Positions 28,344-36,808 of a stretch of DNA of 64,000 nt are shown here, one piece after another. Position 1 is the stretch's first letter. Each line of letters opens with the position of its first letter. Origin of the DNA: Dehalococcoidia bacterium (GTDB lineage: Bacteria > Chloroflexota > Dehalococcoidia > Lucifugimonadales > UBA3495); NCBI GenBank assembly GCA_034428715.1, contig DAOUHE010000022.1, forward strand, positions 15,290 through 79,289. The letters run 5' to 3'. The translations under genes and the position numbers were made by a program. Below the pieces are notes generated by a model, which saw only the letters and a list, made by a program, of their open reading frames with translations, had not been told where the DNA came from and searched no databases.

Positions 28344-28369
28344 CGTGATTGGCCTCAGGCCCAATCACG
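28344..28369. terminator. hairpin between convergent genes (possible bidirectional terminator)
   Basis: CGTGATTGG-n8-CCAATCACG, a 9-bp stem, between the cinA stop and the DUF3352-like gene stop. No clear U-tract. Confidence 0.3.
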
Positions 28370-28406
28370 ACTTCTAACTATTGAATCTGATCGCTCTAGA
28401 AAGAAA

Positions 28407-30182
28407 TCACTCGGCGGTGACGACAAGGGAAACCCTGCGGACACCATCGTCGATCATGCTGGTGATGAACGCGGACCTTAGAGGTTCCACGAAGGGCTCC
28501 GCTTCCGCTTTGTATTGGCTGAATTCTTTGGCATCCATTGCCGCAACGGCTGCCTGTTCGAGTTCAGAGATATTTAGATAAAATAGCATCTCCGGTAGGC
28601 CGGAAAACCGGCTCGCGATGCGAGAATACTCTGGGTCATCGGCCAAAGAAGGCCGTTCGTTCGCCTCAACTAAGGCGACTTCCTTAAAAACACCAGTGTC
28701 TGTGGCGATTATCAATTGGCCGTCCAGAATCAGATAGCCGGGCCGATACACATCGTTACCAAGAATCTGGGACGCCTCATATACGACTCCGATCCCAGCG
28801 CCATGGACCGTTGACGCTGCCGTGATCCCCATTTGATCCTCCAATCGGCCAGATATCGTTGTCAAGACATTTTCGACGCTGTCCCGTTTCCCTTTATCAA
28901 ATTTGACCAACACCGCGGCCCTCACCGCAGCGGTGGGCGGCTGTTCTGAAGCCCCCTCGAAATCCGACTGCAACAGAACGAACGAGAACTCTCCGGACAT
29001 CCAATCCAACAGATCCCTCTCAAAATCAAACCCGGCGATCTCTTCGAAACGGTCCAATAAAATGTCAAAGACATCGGAGAGGCTGTCTTCTTCGTTGATA
29101 TTTGGATCGACCATGAAAGTCAAAACGGATTGAACGTCGGGCTCTTGATCGGCTACCGATTGAACGGCGAGCCGTTCTCTGAGCAGGTCCAAGTCTGTTG
29201 AAATCTTAAACGCGCCATACGCGATGGAGTCTGCGGGGACCAGATGCGCGGATGACAAGCTGGTCGTTGCCGGCGGCGGCATTCGCTCAACGGTCTTGAC
29301 TGGTGAAATGACATCCACTTGAACACCCAGTTCCAAAAGCGACCCGGTCAAGGCGAACCAGTCCAACCCCAACTCATCGACTTGACTGCGTAGCGCCTCC
29401 GGGATTTGGCTGCCAAACTGGCGTTTGCTATCGGTCCATATCGCTTTCACATCTACATAAGAGGTCAAGAAACGCTCTTTGGGCAGGCTTTCACGAACCG
29501 TTTGGAACTTGGGGTTGGAATACAACGACTCTCCATCGCCGCCGCCTTGGATACGGTCGATGGTCTCTTCCAACAGGTCTGAATCCGACGCGAATTTCAA
29601 ATAATCGCCGGCTGCCGCGAAATAGGCGAACGCGGAGTCGTCTCTGAATACGGTAGCTCCCTGATAGGTTTCACTCTCGTAATCGTTACCTTCATCCTCC
29701 AAAAAGCTGATCCAGTCTTCTAGAAATTCCCGTGACCGGGCCGGGTCTGTGATTTCTAACAGCGCGATTACGATCGGTATGCCGCCCATCTCACCGGCTA
29801 CCACAGACCCAACCACATCTATGACACCAATGCCGATCTCGGGGCCCAGCCAAGGTTCCACGTCCCTCTTAAAGTCAAAACCCGTCTCAGACTCGATGTC
29901 GTCCATCCAATTGTCTAACTTTGGCTGAAATCCCGGGTGTTGGGAGAACCTCTCCCAGAGTCCCTGGGCTTTCCCTAGTTGACCTGTTCCGGGATGAAGA
30001 TTCAGAGAAAGGTAGATTTGGGCATCCGGTGGCAGATACTTGGCGGTTTGCTCCGGTGCGATGGTCTTTCCCCGTAGGACATACAGGGTTGCGGTGCTTG
30101 CGGCTGCCACGGTGAACACCACCAACAAAATGATAAGGACTGGGATCAATCCCAGTCCTTTTTCATCGGCGCGCAAACCCAT
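28407..30182 (-). CDS. membrane-anchored DUF3352-like protein
   Basis: About 590 aa. I prefer the ATG at 30182, preceded by GGAGGG. Single N-terminal TM helix. Family call is from recall of DUF3352 architecture only. GC is visibly lower than in the neighbours. Confidence 0.5.
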   Translation of the reverse strand: MGLRADEKGLGLIPVLIILLVVFTVAAASTATLYVLRGKTIAPEQTAKYLPPDAQIYLSLNLHPGTGQLGKAQGLWERFSQHPGFQPKLDNWMDDIESETGFDFKRDVEPWLGPEIGIGVIDVVGSVVAGEMGGIPIVIALLEITDPARSREFLEDWISFLEDEGNDYESETYQGATVFRDDSAFAYFAAAGDYLKFASDSDLLEETIDRIQGGGDGESLYSNPKFQTVRESLPKERFLTSYVDVKAIWTDSKRQFGSQIPEALRSQVDELGLDWFALTGSLLELGVQVDVISPVKTVERMPPPATTSLSSAHLVPADSIAYGAFKISTDLDLLRERLAVQSVADQEPDVQSVLTFMVDPNINEEDSLSDVFDILLDRFEEIAGFDFERDLLDWMSGEFSFVLLQSDFEGASEQPPTAAVRAAVLVKFDKGKRDSVENVLTTISGRLEDQMGITAASTVHGAGIGVVYEASQILGNDVYRPGYLILDGQLIIATDTGVFKEVALVEANERPSLADDPEYSRIASRFSGLPEMLFYLNISELEQAAVAAMDAKEFSQYKAEAEPFVEPLRSAFITSMIDDGVRRVSLVVTAE

Positions 30183-30264
30183 AACCCTCCGCATCAACCG
30201 GTGGCGTCCACCGCGGGGCCTGCCTTCGCGGTCCCTGGCTTCGGCGGTTGGTCTATCACTGGCC

Positions 30265-33200
30265 CTACAGGGTCAGTTGGCGGTAAAGCATGGGGAGCCT
30301 TTCCGGCAGCGCCCATATATCCCCCAAAACCTCGTATCCCATGTCGCCGCACATGCTCTTGAGGTAATCGTGCCCGGCTTTATCCACGGTGAGGCAGAAG
30401 GGTGTTATGTCCTTCCGTTTGGCTTCGATTAACGCCATATGGGTGTCGTGGACCGCATATTCCTTTTCCACGCCCTCCCGGCTATAGCCCCGGTCCTGGG
30501 GCCGGCCGTCACTGATCAGGAACATTATCTTGGTCGTAGCGTCCTGATTTTCCAGCTTGCTAGTCGCGTGACGAATGGCGGCGCCCATCCGGGTGGCATG
30601 CAATGGGGTGATCTTGTCGATACGGCGTTTGACCTTGTCGCTAAAGCCTTCATTGATGTCTTTGATGACGTAGAACTCAACGTTTTCCCGCCCGTAACCG
30701 GAAAAGCCGTAGATGCCATACGTATCGCCGATGGCTTCCAGCGCGTTGATCAGCAGGGCCGTGCTTTCCTTTTCCAGGTCGATGATCCGTTTGTAGTTGC
30801 GGCGCACCAGCCCTTCCCGCCGCCGGCGAAGCCAGACCATGTACTCCACCGGATCGTCGGGGGCATCCCGGTCATCAACCACCTGCCGGCCTTCATCGAT
30901 GGCTTCGGCCGTGGACGCGCTCATGTCCAGCAAGAACACCACCGCCACGTCTCGGCGGGTGCGGTTACGCTGCCAGTAGATCTTTTCATCTGGCGGCACT
31001 TTCATTCGCAGGTCGGCCCAGGCCTCTATGGCGGCGTTCAGTTCCACGTCCTCGCCGTCGGTCAGACGGTAGATCTTGCGGAAGTTCTCGGGCATTATCA
31101 ACTCGAACTGCCGGCGGATGTGGTTGGACAAGGACATGTAGTTCTTTAAAGCTTCGGAGTAGAAGTTGGAGTCGCCCTCTTCGAGCATCTTTTCCTTGAC
31201 TATGCACCACCGGGGTTTGTAATCAGCCGCCCGGAAGTCCCACTCGTCATAGGCATATGTCTGGGGCTCTTTGGCCTCCAACTCACCGCCCTGTTCGTTG
31301 TCGTGAAGCAGGGGCCCATATCCATCACCAGGCTGGGCGTTGGGAGGCGGGGTTCCCGCTTCCTTCATGATATTCTGGGCGAACATGGCCATGCTATTCT
31401 GTATGTCGCCCTCTTCGGCATCCAGCTCCAGTTCCGCGCTGTCCTGCAGCAACTGCTCCAACATCTCCTTGGAGATGGGCTCGCCTTCACCGTCTTGGCT
31501 GGAATCCATCTGCAGTTTGGTCAATAGCTGGACCATTTCAGGTTTGAAATCGCCGCGGAAATCAATGGGCTCCGGAGATTCGTAAGACTCGCCATCACCG
31601 GCCTCCCCCGACGCCTCCATACCGGCCTGAAGCTGGTCGATCAGCGACTCATACTCCTCTTCCGAAAATTCGCCGGGCTCTTCCAGGTCTTGGTCCTGGA
31701 ACTCTTCTTCGGGTATGGTCTCATTTTGAACCCGGGAGATGATCTCATAGGCCCTGAGGGTGGCTTCGGCCGTATCTTCGACTGTTGCCTCGGAATTCCG
31801 GAGTTCATGCAGGATTTGGGCCAATACCACCGCGGCCTCTTCATACTCGGTGGGCACCGGTAGCTCGGTGAACTGTTCCAAGCTCATGTGGATCATCAAC
31901 TCCACCAGGGCTTCTTGCAGGCCCAACTCCCGAATATTAGGCCGGGTGGCCAACGACTCACCCTGCACCTTCACGGCCGACCGCCTTATGCCCGGGTATT
32001 CCACCTTGATGCGGTAATCCAGGCGGCAATCCTCCAAAACCGTGAAAAGGTCAAATGCCAAACGCCGGTTCTCGAAGAGTTGAAAGAAGCGGCCTATATC
32101 GGTGTAGGCCCTCACTGTCTCCGCGCCACCTTCGACAACGGGAGCGGGCACATTCTCGGCGACGTCCAATTCTTGGGGAGTTGCCAGCATCTGAGCGGTG
32201 AGAGCGGCCTGCCGTTCTTTGGCTTCCTCTTCCATTCGGTGGCGGCGGTCATCGAACAATTCCGACGGCTTTTCAAAATCATATTCGAAACTGCCGAATT
32301 CCAGGTGGCCTACCTGGTGGGTGGAAACCACCTTGAACCAGGCAAAATTCTCTTGCTTGTCGGAGTAATGGTCCACCACCGGCGGCAGGAAGACCCGGGT
32401 ACCGTCGGTGGACGAGGTGTCTTCGTCTACCCAGCCGATGTTTTTGTTGACCAATTCCTTGGTGTCCATCACCTCGATGGGCGACCCGGAGAGGGCCCGG
32501 CAATACAGGCGGATGATACCCTTCACCCGTTCCAATTCCAGGCTGGAAGACAGCGTTTCCAACATGGCTTCCGAAGTGTTGGACTCGATCTTGAAGAAGG
32601 CTATGCCACTTTCAGTGTTTTCTTTCAGCAAGCCCGAGCCATGCTGGAACCAGGCGTCGAGTTGGCTGATGGTTATTCGGTTCAGCACATCGGACAAGCT
32701 CTTGAGGAATGCCGGCACGGCTTCCGGAGAGGTGGCCAACAATGTCTCACACAGGTCCAGGATATATCCTTGGGAGCCGCCCGGCACCTTGCTAAGGGCC
32801 TGGGTGCCGTCGGACAGGAACCGGGACGTGTCCCGCAGCCCGACCTTGGCCAAACGTTCACCCAATTTCAGGAAACGCCCGGTCTGGCCATCGTCTATCT
32901 GCTGCAGGGCCTTGGGAACCACTTCCAGGCAGCTTTTGACCTCACGCCAGCTGCCTTCGATCAGGGCCCTGGACATGGAAAGGAAAGGCTCCCTTTCGCG
33001 GCCCATGGCAGGCAAAACATCGCGGCCCAATACTAAACATTCCGCCGCCACGTCATAGGACTTGTAAGACAACGCCTCCACCAGAGAAGCGAATACCTCC
33101 ACGTCCCAGAAGGGAAGTCCCCGTACCAGGTCGGGGCTGACTTCAAAGAACTTGGAGGCCAGGGTGCTGGACTTCCAGGTTCCCTTATACAAACTGCGGC

Positions 33201-33570
33201 CGAGGCCTGCCCAACGGGGAATGTATTGGGGCCTCAGGTTGGGGACTATGTCGGCACTGGCTTTAAAAAAGGCCACCGCAAGGGAAGGTGAGTCTTGCGC
33301 CAGGTAGGTTCCGCACCGGGCCCACTGCATGAACGACGGGAAGGACAGAAACCGGGCGACCTCGGGACCAACGCGGTAATACTCGACGGCCGATTCCCAT
33401 GACCGCACTGTCTGGTTGGCGATTGCCAGGCCTTCTTTGGCCCACAGCACCAGTTCTTCGGCGCTGAAAGTCGGCTCAACCAGAACCAGGGCCTCGTTGT
33501 AGGCCTCCAAAACCGCCTGGGGCAGCTTTGCTAATTCCTGTGCTATTTCGGATCGGGGGTCTGTACTCAA
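30265..33570 (-). CDS. CbbO/NorD-like protein with C-terminal von Willebrand factor A domain (1101 aa)
   Basis: TTG start after AAGGAGA. NorD/CbbO-like core (LYCRALSG.., STHQVGHLEFGSF, YDEWDFRAADYKPRWC). VWA domain with MIDAS DxSxS (LLDMSAST). Long acidic linker at about residues 618-770. Confidence 0.7.
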   Translation of the reverse strand: MSTDPRSEIAQELAKLPQAVLEAYNEALVLVEPTFSAEELVLWAKEGLAIANQTVRSWESAVEYYRVGPEVARFLSFPSFMQWARCGTYLAQDSPSLAVAFFKASADIVPNLRPQYIPRWAGLGRSLYKGTWKSSTLASKFFEVSPDLVRGLPFWDVEVFASLVEALSYKSYDVAAECLVLGRDVLPAMGREREPFLSMSRALIEGSWREVKSCLEVVPKALQQIDDGQTGRFLKLGERLAKVGLRDTSRFLSDGTQALSKVPGGSQGYILDLCETLLATSPEAVPAFLKSLSDVLNRITISQLDAWFQHGSGLLKENTESGIAFFKIESNTSEAMLETLSSSLELERVKGIIRLYCRALSGSPIEVMDTKELVNKNIGWVDEDTSSTDGTRVFLPPVVDHYSDKQENFAWFKVVSTHQVGHLEFGSFEYDFEKPSELFDDRRHRMEEEAKERQAALTAQMLATPQELDVAENVPAPVVEGGAETVRAYTDIGRFFQLFENRRLAFDLFTVLEDCRLDYRIKVEYPGIRRSAVKVQGESLATRPNIRELGLQEALVELMIHMSLEQFTELPVPTEYEEAAVVLAQILHELRNSEATVEDTAEATLRAYEIISRVQNETIPEEEFQDQDLEEPGEFSEEEYESLIDQLQAGMEASGEAGDGESYESPEPIDFRGDFKPEMVQLLTKLQMDSSQDGEGEPISKEMLEQLLQDSAELELDAEEGDIQNSMAMFAQNIMKEAGTPPPNAQPGDGYGPLLHDNEQGGELEAKEPQTYAYDEWDFRAADYKPRWCIVKEKMLEEGDSNFYSEALKNYMSLSNHIRRQFELIMPENFRKIYRLTDGEDVELNAAIEAWADLRMKVPPDEKIYWQRNRTRRDVAVVFLLDMSASTAEAIDEGRQVVDDRDAPDDPVEYMVWLRRRREGLVRRNYKRIIDLEKESTALLINALEAIGDTYGIYGFSGYGRENVEFYVIKDINEGFSDKVKRRIDKITPLHATRMGAAIRHATSKLENQDATTKIMFLISDGRPQDRGYSREGVEKEYAVHDTHMALIEAKRKDITPFCLTVDKAGHDYLKSMCGDMGYEVLGDIWALPERLPMLYRQLTL

Positions 33571-33571
33571 G

Positions 33572-34183
33572 TTAGTCTCCTTGCACCGCTGTCCCTTTAT
33601 CTAAAACGTCAGGCAACACACCGGGCAACAATTCAAGAAATTGCTGGAGTATCCGCGCTGTCGCCCCGTATATCAGGTGCCCGCCGTATGCGTAGGAATA
33701 GCTTTCTTCTGTTTGACCCTCTTGCCAATGGGTTTCCACTCTGATACTGGCAGGGTCGTGGAGGATATTCACGGGTGCTTCCAGCACCTCGGCAATCTCC
33801 TTGGCGCTGGGTTTGAATGGGTAGGGGTAGGCAATGGTGCCGACGTACACGTTGACCGCGAATCCGGTTCGGGTGGTGACGTCGTCCAATTGGCCCAGGA
33901 CTTTGACATCGCCCCGAAGGATGCCCATCTCTTCTTCTGTTTCCCGCAGGGCCGTATCCAGCGAGTCTTGGTCTTCGGGGTCACGGGCGCCGCCGGGGAA
34001 GGAGATCTCACCCTTGTGGTGCTCCACGTCCTCCGAGCGTTTGTTCAACAAAATGCAGTATTCGCCGTTACGGGGGTAGAGCAAGAGCATTACCGCTGCG
34101 GGAGTCAAAGAAGCGTCGGCCACCGTTTTTCTTACACGGCCCGCCAACGCTTTCTCGATCACATCCAAGGGGGATGGGGCCAT
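33572..34183 (-). CDS. Nudix hydrolase, CoA pyrophosphatase type (NudL/NUDT7-like)
   Basis: 203 aa. LLNKRSEDVEHHKGEISFPGG matches the CoA-pyrophosphatase signature preceding the Nudix box (..RETEEEMGI). Confidence 0.75.
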   Translation of the reverse strand: MAPSPLDVIEKALAGRVRKTVADASLTPAAVMLLLYPRNGEYCILLNKRSEDVEHHKGEISFPGGARDPEDQDSLDTALRETEEEMGILRGDVKVLGQLDDVTTRTGFAVNVYVGTIAYPYPFKPSAKEIAEVLEAPVNILHDPASIRVETHWQEGQTEESYSYAYGGHLIYGATARILQQFLELLPGVLPDVLDKGTAVQGD

Positions 34184-34191
34184 TGAAACCT

Positions 34192-35091
34192 CTATTCGAA
34201 TATCGAGGAGACCACCTCTTCAATACTGCGCTGCAGCTCTACTTCGTCGGTGAGGGTCCACACGATCGCCACCTGGCAGGCTCGCCGCTCCCCGATGCCC
34301 TCGGTCATCAGCCGGCCTGCGTAAATCAACAGCCGGGTGCTGGCGCCCTCTTGCAGGCCGTGCTCCTGCAGGTTGCGTATCTTTACGCCCAGCTTGGCCA
34401 GCGCTTCCGATTGCTCTTTCGAACAGCCACTCTCGCGGGCCACTATCCGAGCTTCAATGGGCTCAGGAGGATAGTAGAACTCAATGGAGATGAACCGCTG
34501 CCGGGTGCTATGCTTCAGGTCCTTCAACGCGCTCTGGTAGTGGGGGTTGTAGGAGATACAAAGCAGGAAGCGGTCGTCGGCTTCAATGATGGAACCGGTC
34601 TTTTCCACGGGCAGGATTCGTCGGTGGTCGGTCAGGGGGTGAATCAACACCGTGGTGTCTTTCCGCGCTTCCACAACCTCGTCTAAGTAAAGGATCGCGC
34701 CATTCTTCACAGCGCGGGTCATGGGGCCGTCCATCCACCTGGTGCCTTCGGCGTCCAGAAGGTAACGGCCAACCAGGTCACTGGCGGTAAGGTCTTCGTG
34801 GCAGGCGATGGTAACCAGAGGAACGCGAACCTCCCCTTCTTCCAACTCCTCTGCCTTCCCGTCCTTATCCTTGAGCACGCTGAGGGGCCGCCCCAATTTC
34901 CAGGCCATATACTCAACGAACCGGGTCTTGCCGCAACCGGTGGGGCCCTTCAACAAAACGGGGATGTGCTGATGGTATGCGGCGGTGAAAAGCTCCAATT
35001 CATCGGCAACCGGCACATAATAGGGCTCGTCCCGGACCAGAAATTCTTCTATGGCATATTCTTTGAATGATGGCTCGACGGCTTCTACCAT
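34192..35091 (-). CDS. CbbQ/NirQ/NorQ-type MoxR-class AAA+ ATPase
   Basis: 299 aa. Walker A GPTGCGKT, Walker B ILYLDEV, and a CbbQ-like C-terminal region. The start overlaps the coaE stop (TAATG). Confidence 0.85.
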   Translation of the reverse strand: MVEAVEPSFKEYAIEEFLVRDEPYYVPVADELELFTAAYHQHIPVLLKGPTGCGKTRFVEYMAWKLGRPLSVLKDKDGKAEELEEGEVRVPLVTIACHEDLTASDLVGRYLLDAEGTRWMDGPMTRAVKNGAILYLDEVVEARKDTTVLIHPLTDHRRILPVEKTGSIIEADDRFLLCISYNPHYQSALKDLKHSTRQRFISIEFYYPPEPIEARIVARESGCSKEQSEALAKLGVKIRNLQEHGLQEGASTRLLIYAGRLMTEGIGERRACQVAIVWTLTDEVELQRSIEEVVSSIFE

Positions 35092-35702
35092 TATTTTTGC
35101 TCTACCTTTCCTTTGACTCGAGATTCCCAGAGGGATCTGACCGTTGCTTCCAATGCGGCTACGTCGCCTGAATTTTCAACCACCACATCGGACCGGTCCA
35201 ATCGTTCCTGGATGTCCATTTGAGAGCCCAGGCGCTTGCGAACCTCTGCTTCATCCAGGCCGTTGCGTGACATGAGACGCTGAAACACCGCTTCCAGGGG
35301 CGAAGCCGTGACCCAAACCTCGTCCACCAGGGTTTCCCACCCGGCCTCAAATATCAAAGCCGCCTCGACCACCACCACCCGCACCCCGCGGGACCGCATT
35401 CGATTGATCTTTTCGGCCACCATGCCCGCCATTCGCGGGTGCATGATCCCGTTCAACTTGGCCATCTGCCCGGAGTCGGCGAAAACAATGGCACCGAGCT
35501 TTGGGCGGTCTATCTCACCATCTGGTTTAAGGATGTCCCGTCCAAAGGCATCCACAACATCGTTCCAACTCTCGGTATGGGGTGTGTAAGCCTCGTGGCC
35601 CACTTGGTCGGCATTGATTACTTCAGCCCCAAGTTCTTGAAGAACTCGGGTGACTTCAGATTTGCCGGTGCCTATGCTTCCGGTGAGGCCTATGACCTGC
35701 AT
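35091..35702 (-). CDS. coaE: dephospho-CoA kinase
   Basis: 203 aa. [13 protein letters not shown]-loop at the N-terminus and the typical CoaE length. Confidence 0.85.
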   Translation of the reverse strand: MQVIGLTGSIGTGKSEVTRVLQELGAEVINADQVGHEAYTPHTESWNDVVDAFGRDILKPDGEIDRPKLGAIVFADSGQMAKLNGIMHPRMAGMVAEKINRMRSRGVRVVVVEAALIFEAGWETLVDEVWVTASPLEAVFQRLMSRNGLDEAEVRKRLGSQMDIQERLDRSDVVVENSGDVAALEATVRSLWESRVKGKVEQK

Positions 35703-35790
35703 ATCCTCCTAATCAAGCGCCGGTTGGAACCCGCGAATCGGTTCCTGTGGCCGATCGGACCACGGAATGTGCTGTTCCGACGCCTGGGCC

Positions 35791-35819
35791 ATTCTACCAA
35801 CGGTGCCCACCTTGGTCAA
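35791..35819 (-). promoter_or_regulatory. sigma-70 promoter TTGACC-N17-TAGAAT (with TGg extended -10)
   Basis: Minus strand reads TTGACCaaggtgggcaccgttggTAGAAT, about 90 nt upstream of the coaE ATG. Confidence 0.55.
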
Positions 35820-35943
35820 CAACCGCCATACCCTCAGCAGATTTCGGCGCTTGAGTTCAATATTGGTAAATCGGTCAAGCCCTCTGCGGTCCAGCGGCCT
35901 GCCCCCTAAAAAATATGCGGCCGATCCCACATTTCCATGACCG

Positions 35944-36591
35944 TCAACCGTCGAATTGTATTTTGCCCCAGCGGCTCGTATAGGTGTCCTGAAGTCCCTT
36001 GAACAACTGGCGGTACTCATCGGTATCAATGGGGCAGGTGGTCATGATAACCGCGTCTTCCCGGTTGTCAGAGTAATAACCCTTACGAGTGCCCACCGTC
36101 TTGAAAGCGTATTTTTCGTATAGCCGTTGAGCAATGAAATTGGAGACCCGCGCCTCCAAGGTCATGACTTGTGAACCGTATTTCACCGCTTCTCGCATGG
36201 ACCCGATCAGCAGCAATTCGCCGATGCCCCGGCCCCTCAGCCGTTCCCTGACGGCGATCTCCGTGATGTGGGCCTCTTGTCCCTGGTACCACACGCTCAC
36301 GTAACCGGCTACGAATTCCTCAGCCGCCGGGGGTTTTGGCGGACGGCCGATCGCCCCATTTACACTTCTGGCCAAACGTTCCCACAGAGGACGGCCGGTG
36401 GATTCTTGGGTTTCGTTTCTAACGGCCTCGGCGGTTTCATCGTCGGGGCAGGCCACCAGATAACAAGCGTACTTGTTATTCAGCTCACGCTTAAAGGGCG
36501 TGCTGACCCACAGGGGAGAAAACGCTTCCCTTTCTATCTCAACTACCTGGTTGATGTCCTCGGATTTTAGCCGCCGCAGGAATACTTCCAA
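35944..36591 (-). CDS. rimI: GNAT N-acetyltransferase, RimI-like
   Basis: 215 aa. RimI-like N-terminus (RRLKSEDINQVVEIEREAF) and acetyl-CoA motif RLRGRGIGELLL. Contains an internal insertion relative to typical RimI. Confidence 0.7.
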   Translation of the reverse strand: MEVFLRRLKSEDINQVVEIEREAFSPLWVSTPFKRELNNKYACYLVACPDDETAEAVRNETQESTGRPLWERLARSVNGAIGRPPKPPAAEEFVAGYVSVWYQGQEAHITEIAVRERLRGRGIGELLLIGSMREAVKYGSQVMTLEARVSNFIAQRLYEKYAFKTVGTRKGYYSDNREDAVIMTTCPIDTDEYRQLFKGLQDTYTSRWGKIQFDG

Positions 36592-36808
36592 GAAAAACGT
36601 CCGTAATCTGGCATCGATCCAAAATTTTATGACCCAGATTATATAACGTGGTTAACCCAACCATTTTAACATGGTCAAGAATAGATGAACATAACTCGAC
36701 ATTCATCACGTTACGCCATTTCTATCCATTCAACTATACTGTCAGGACCAGCGTTTCGGCAGAAGTGCCGGACAGTATCTGCTGTACCCACTGTGACGGG
36801 AGGCGGGG

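Noticed and set aside
35709-36029. 106-aa minus ORF in the coaE-rimI gap
   Set aside because: It overlaps the rimI 3' end and contains the predicted coaE promoter. No RBS or family signal.
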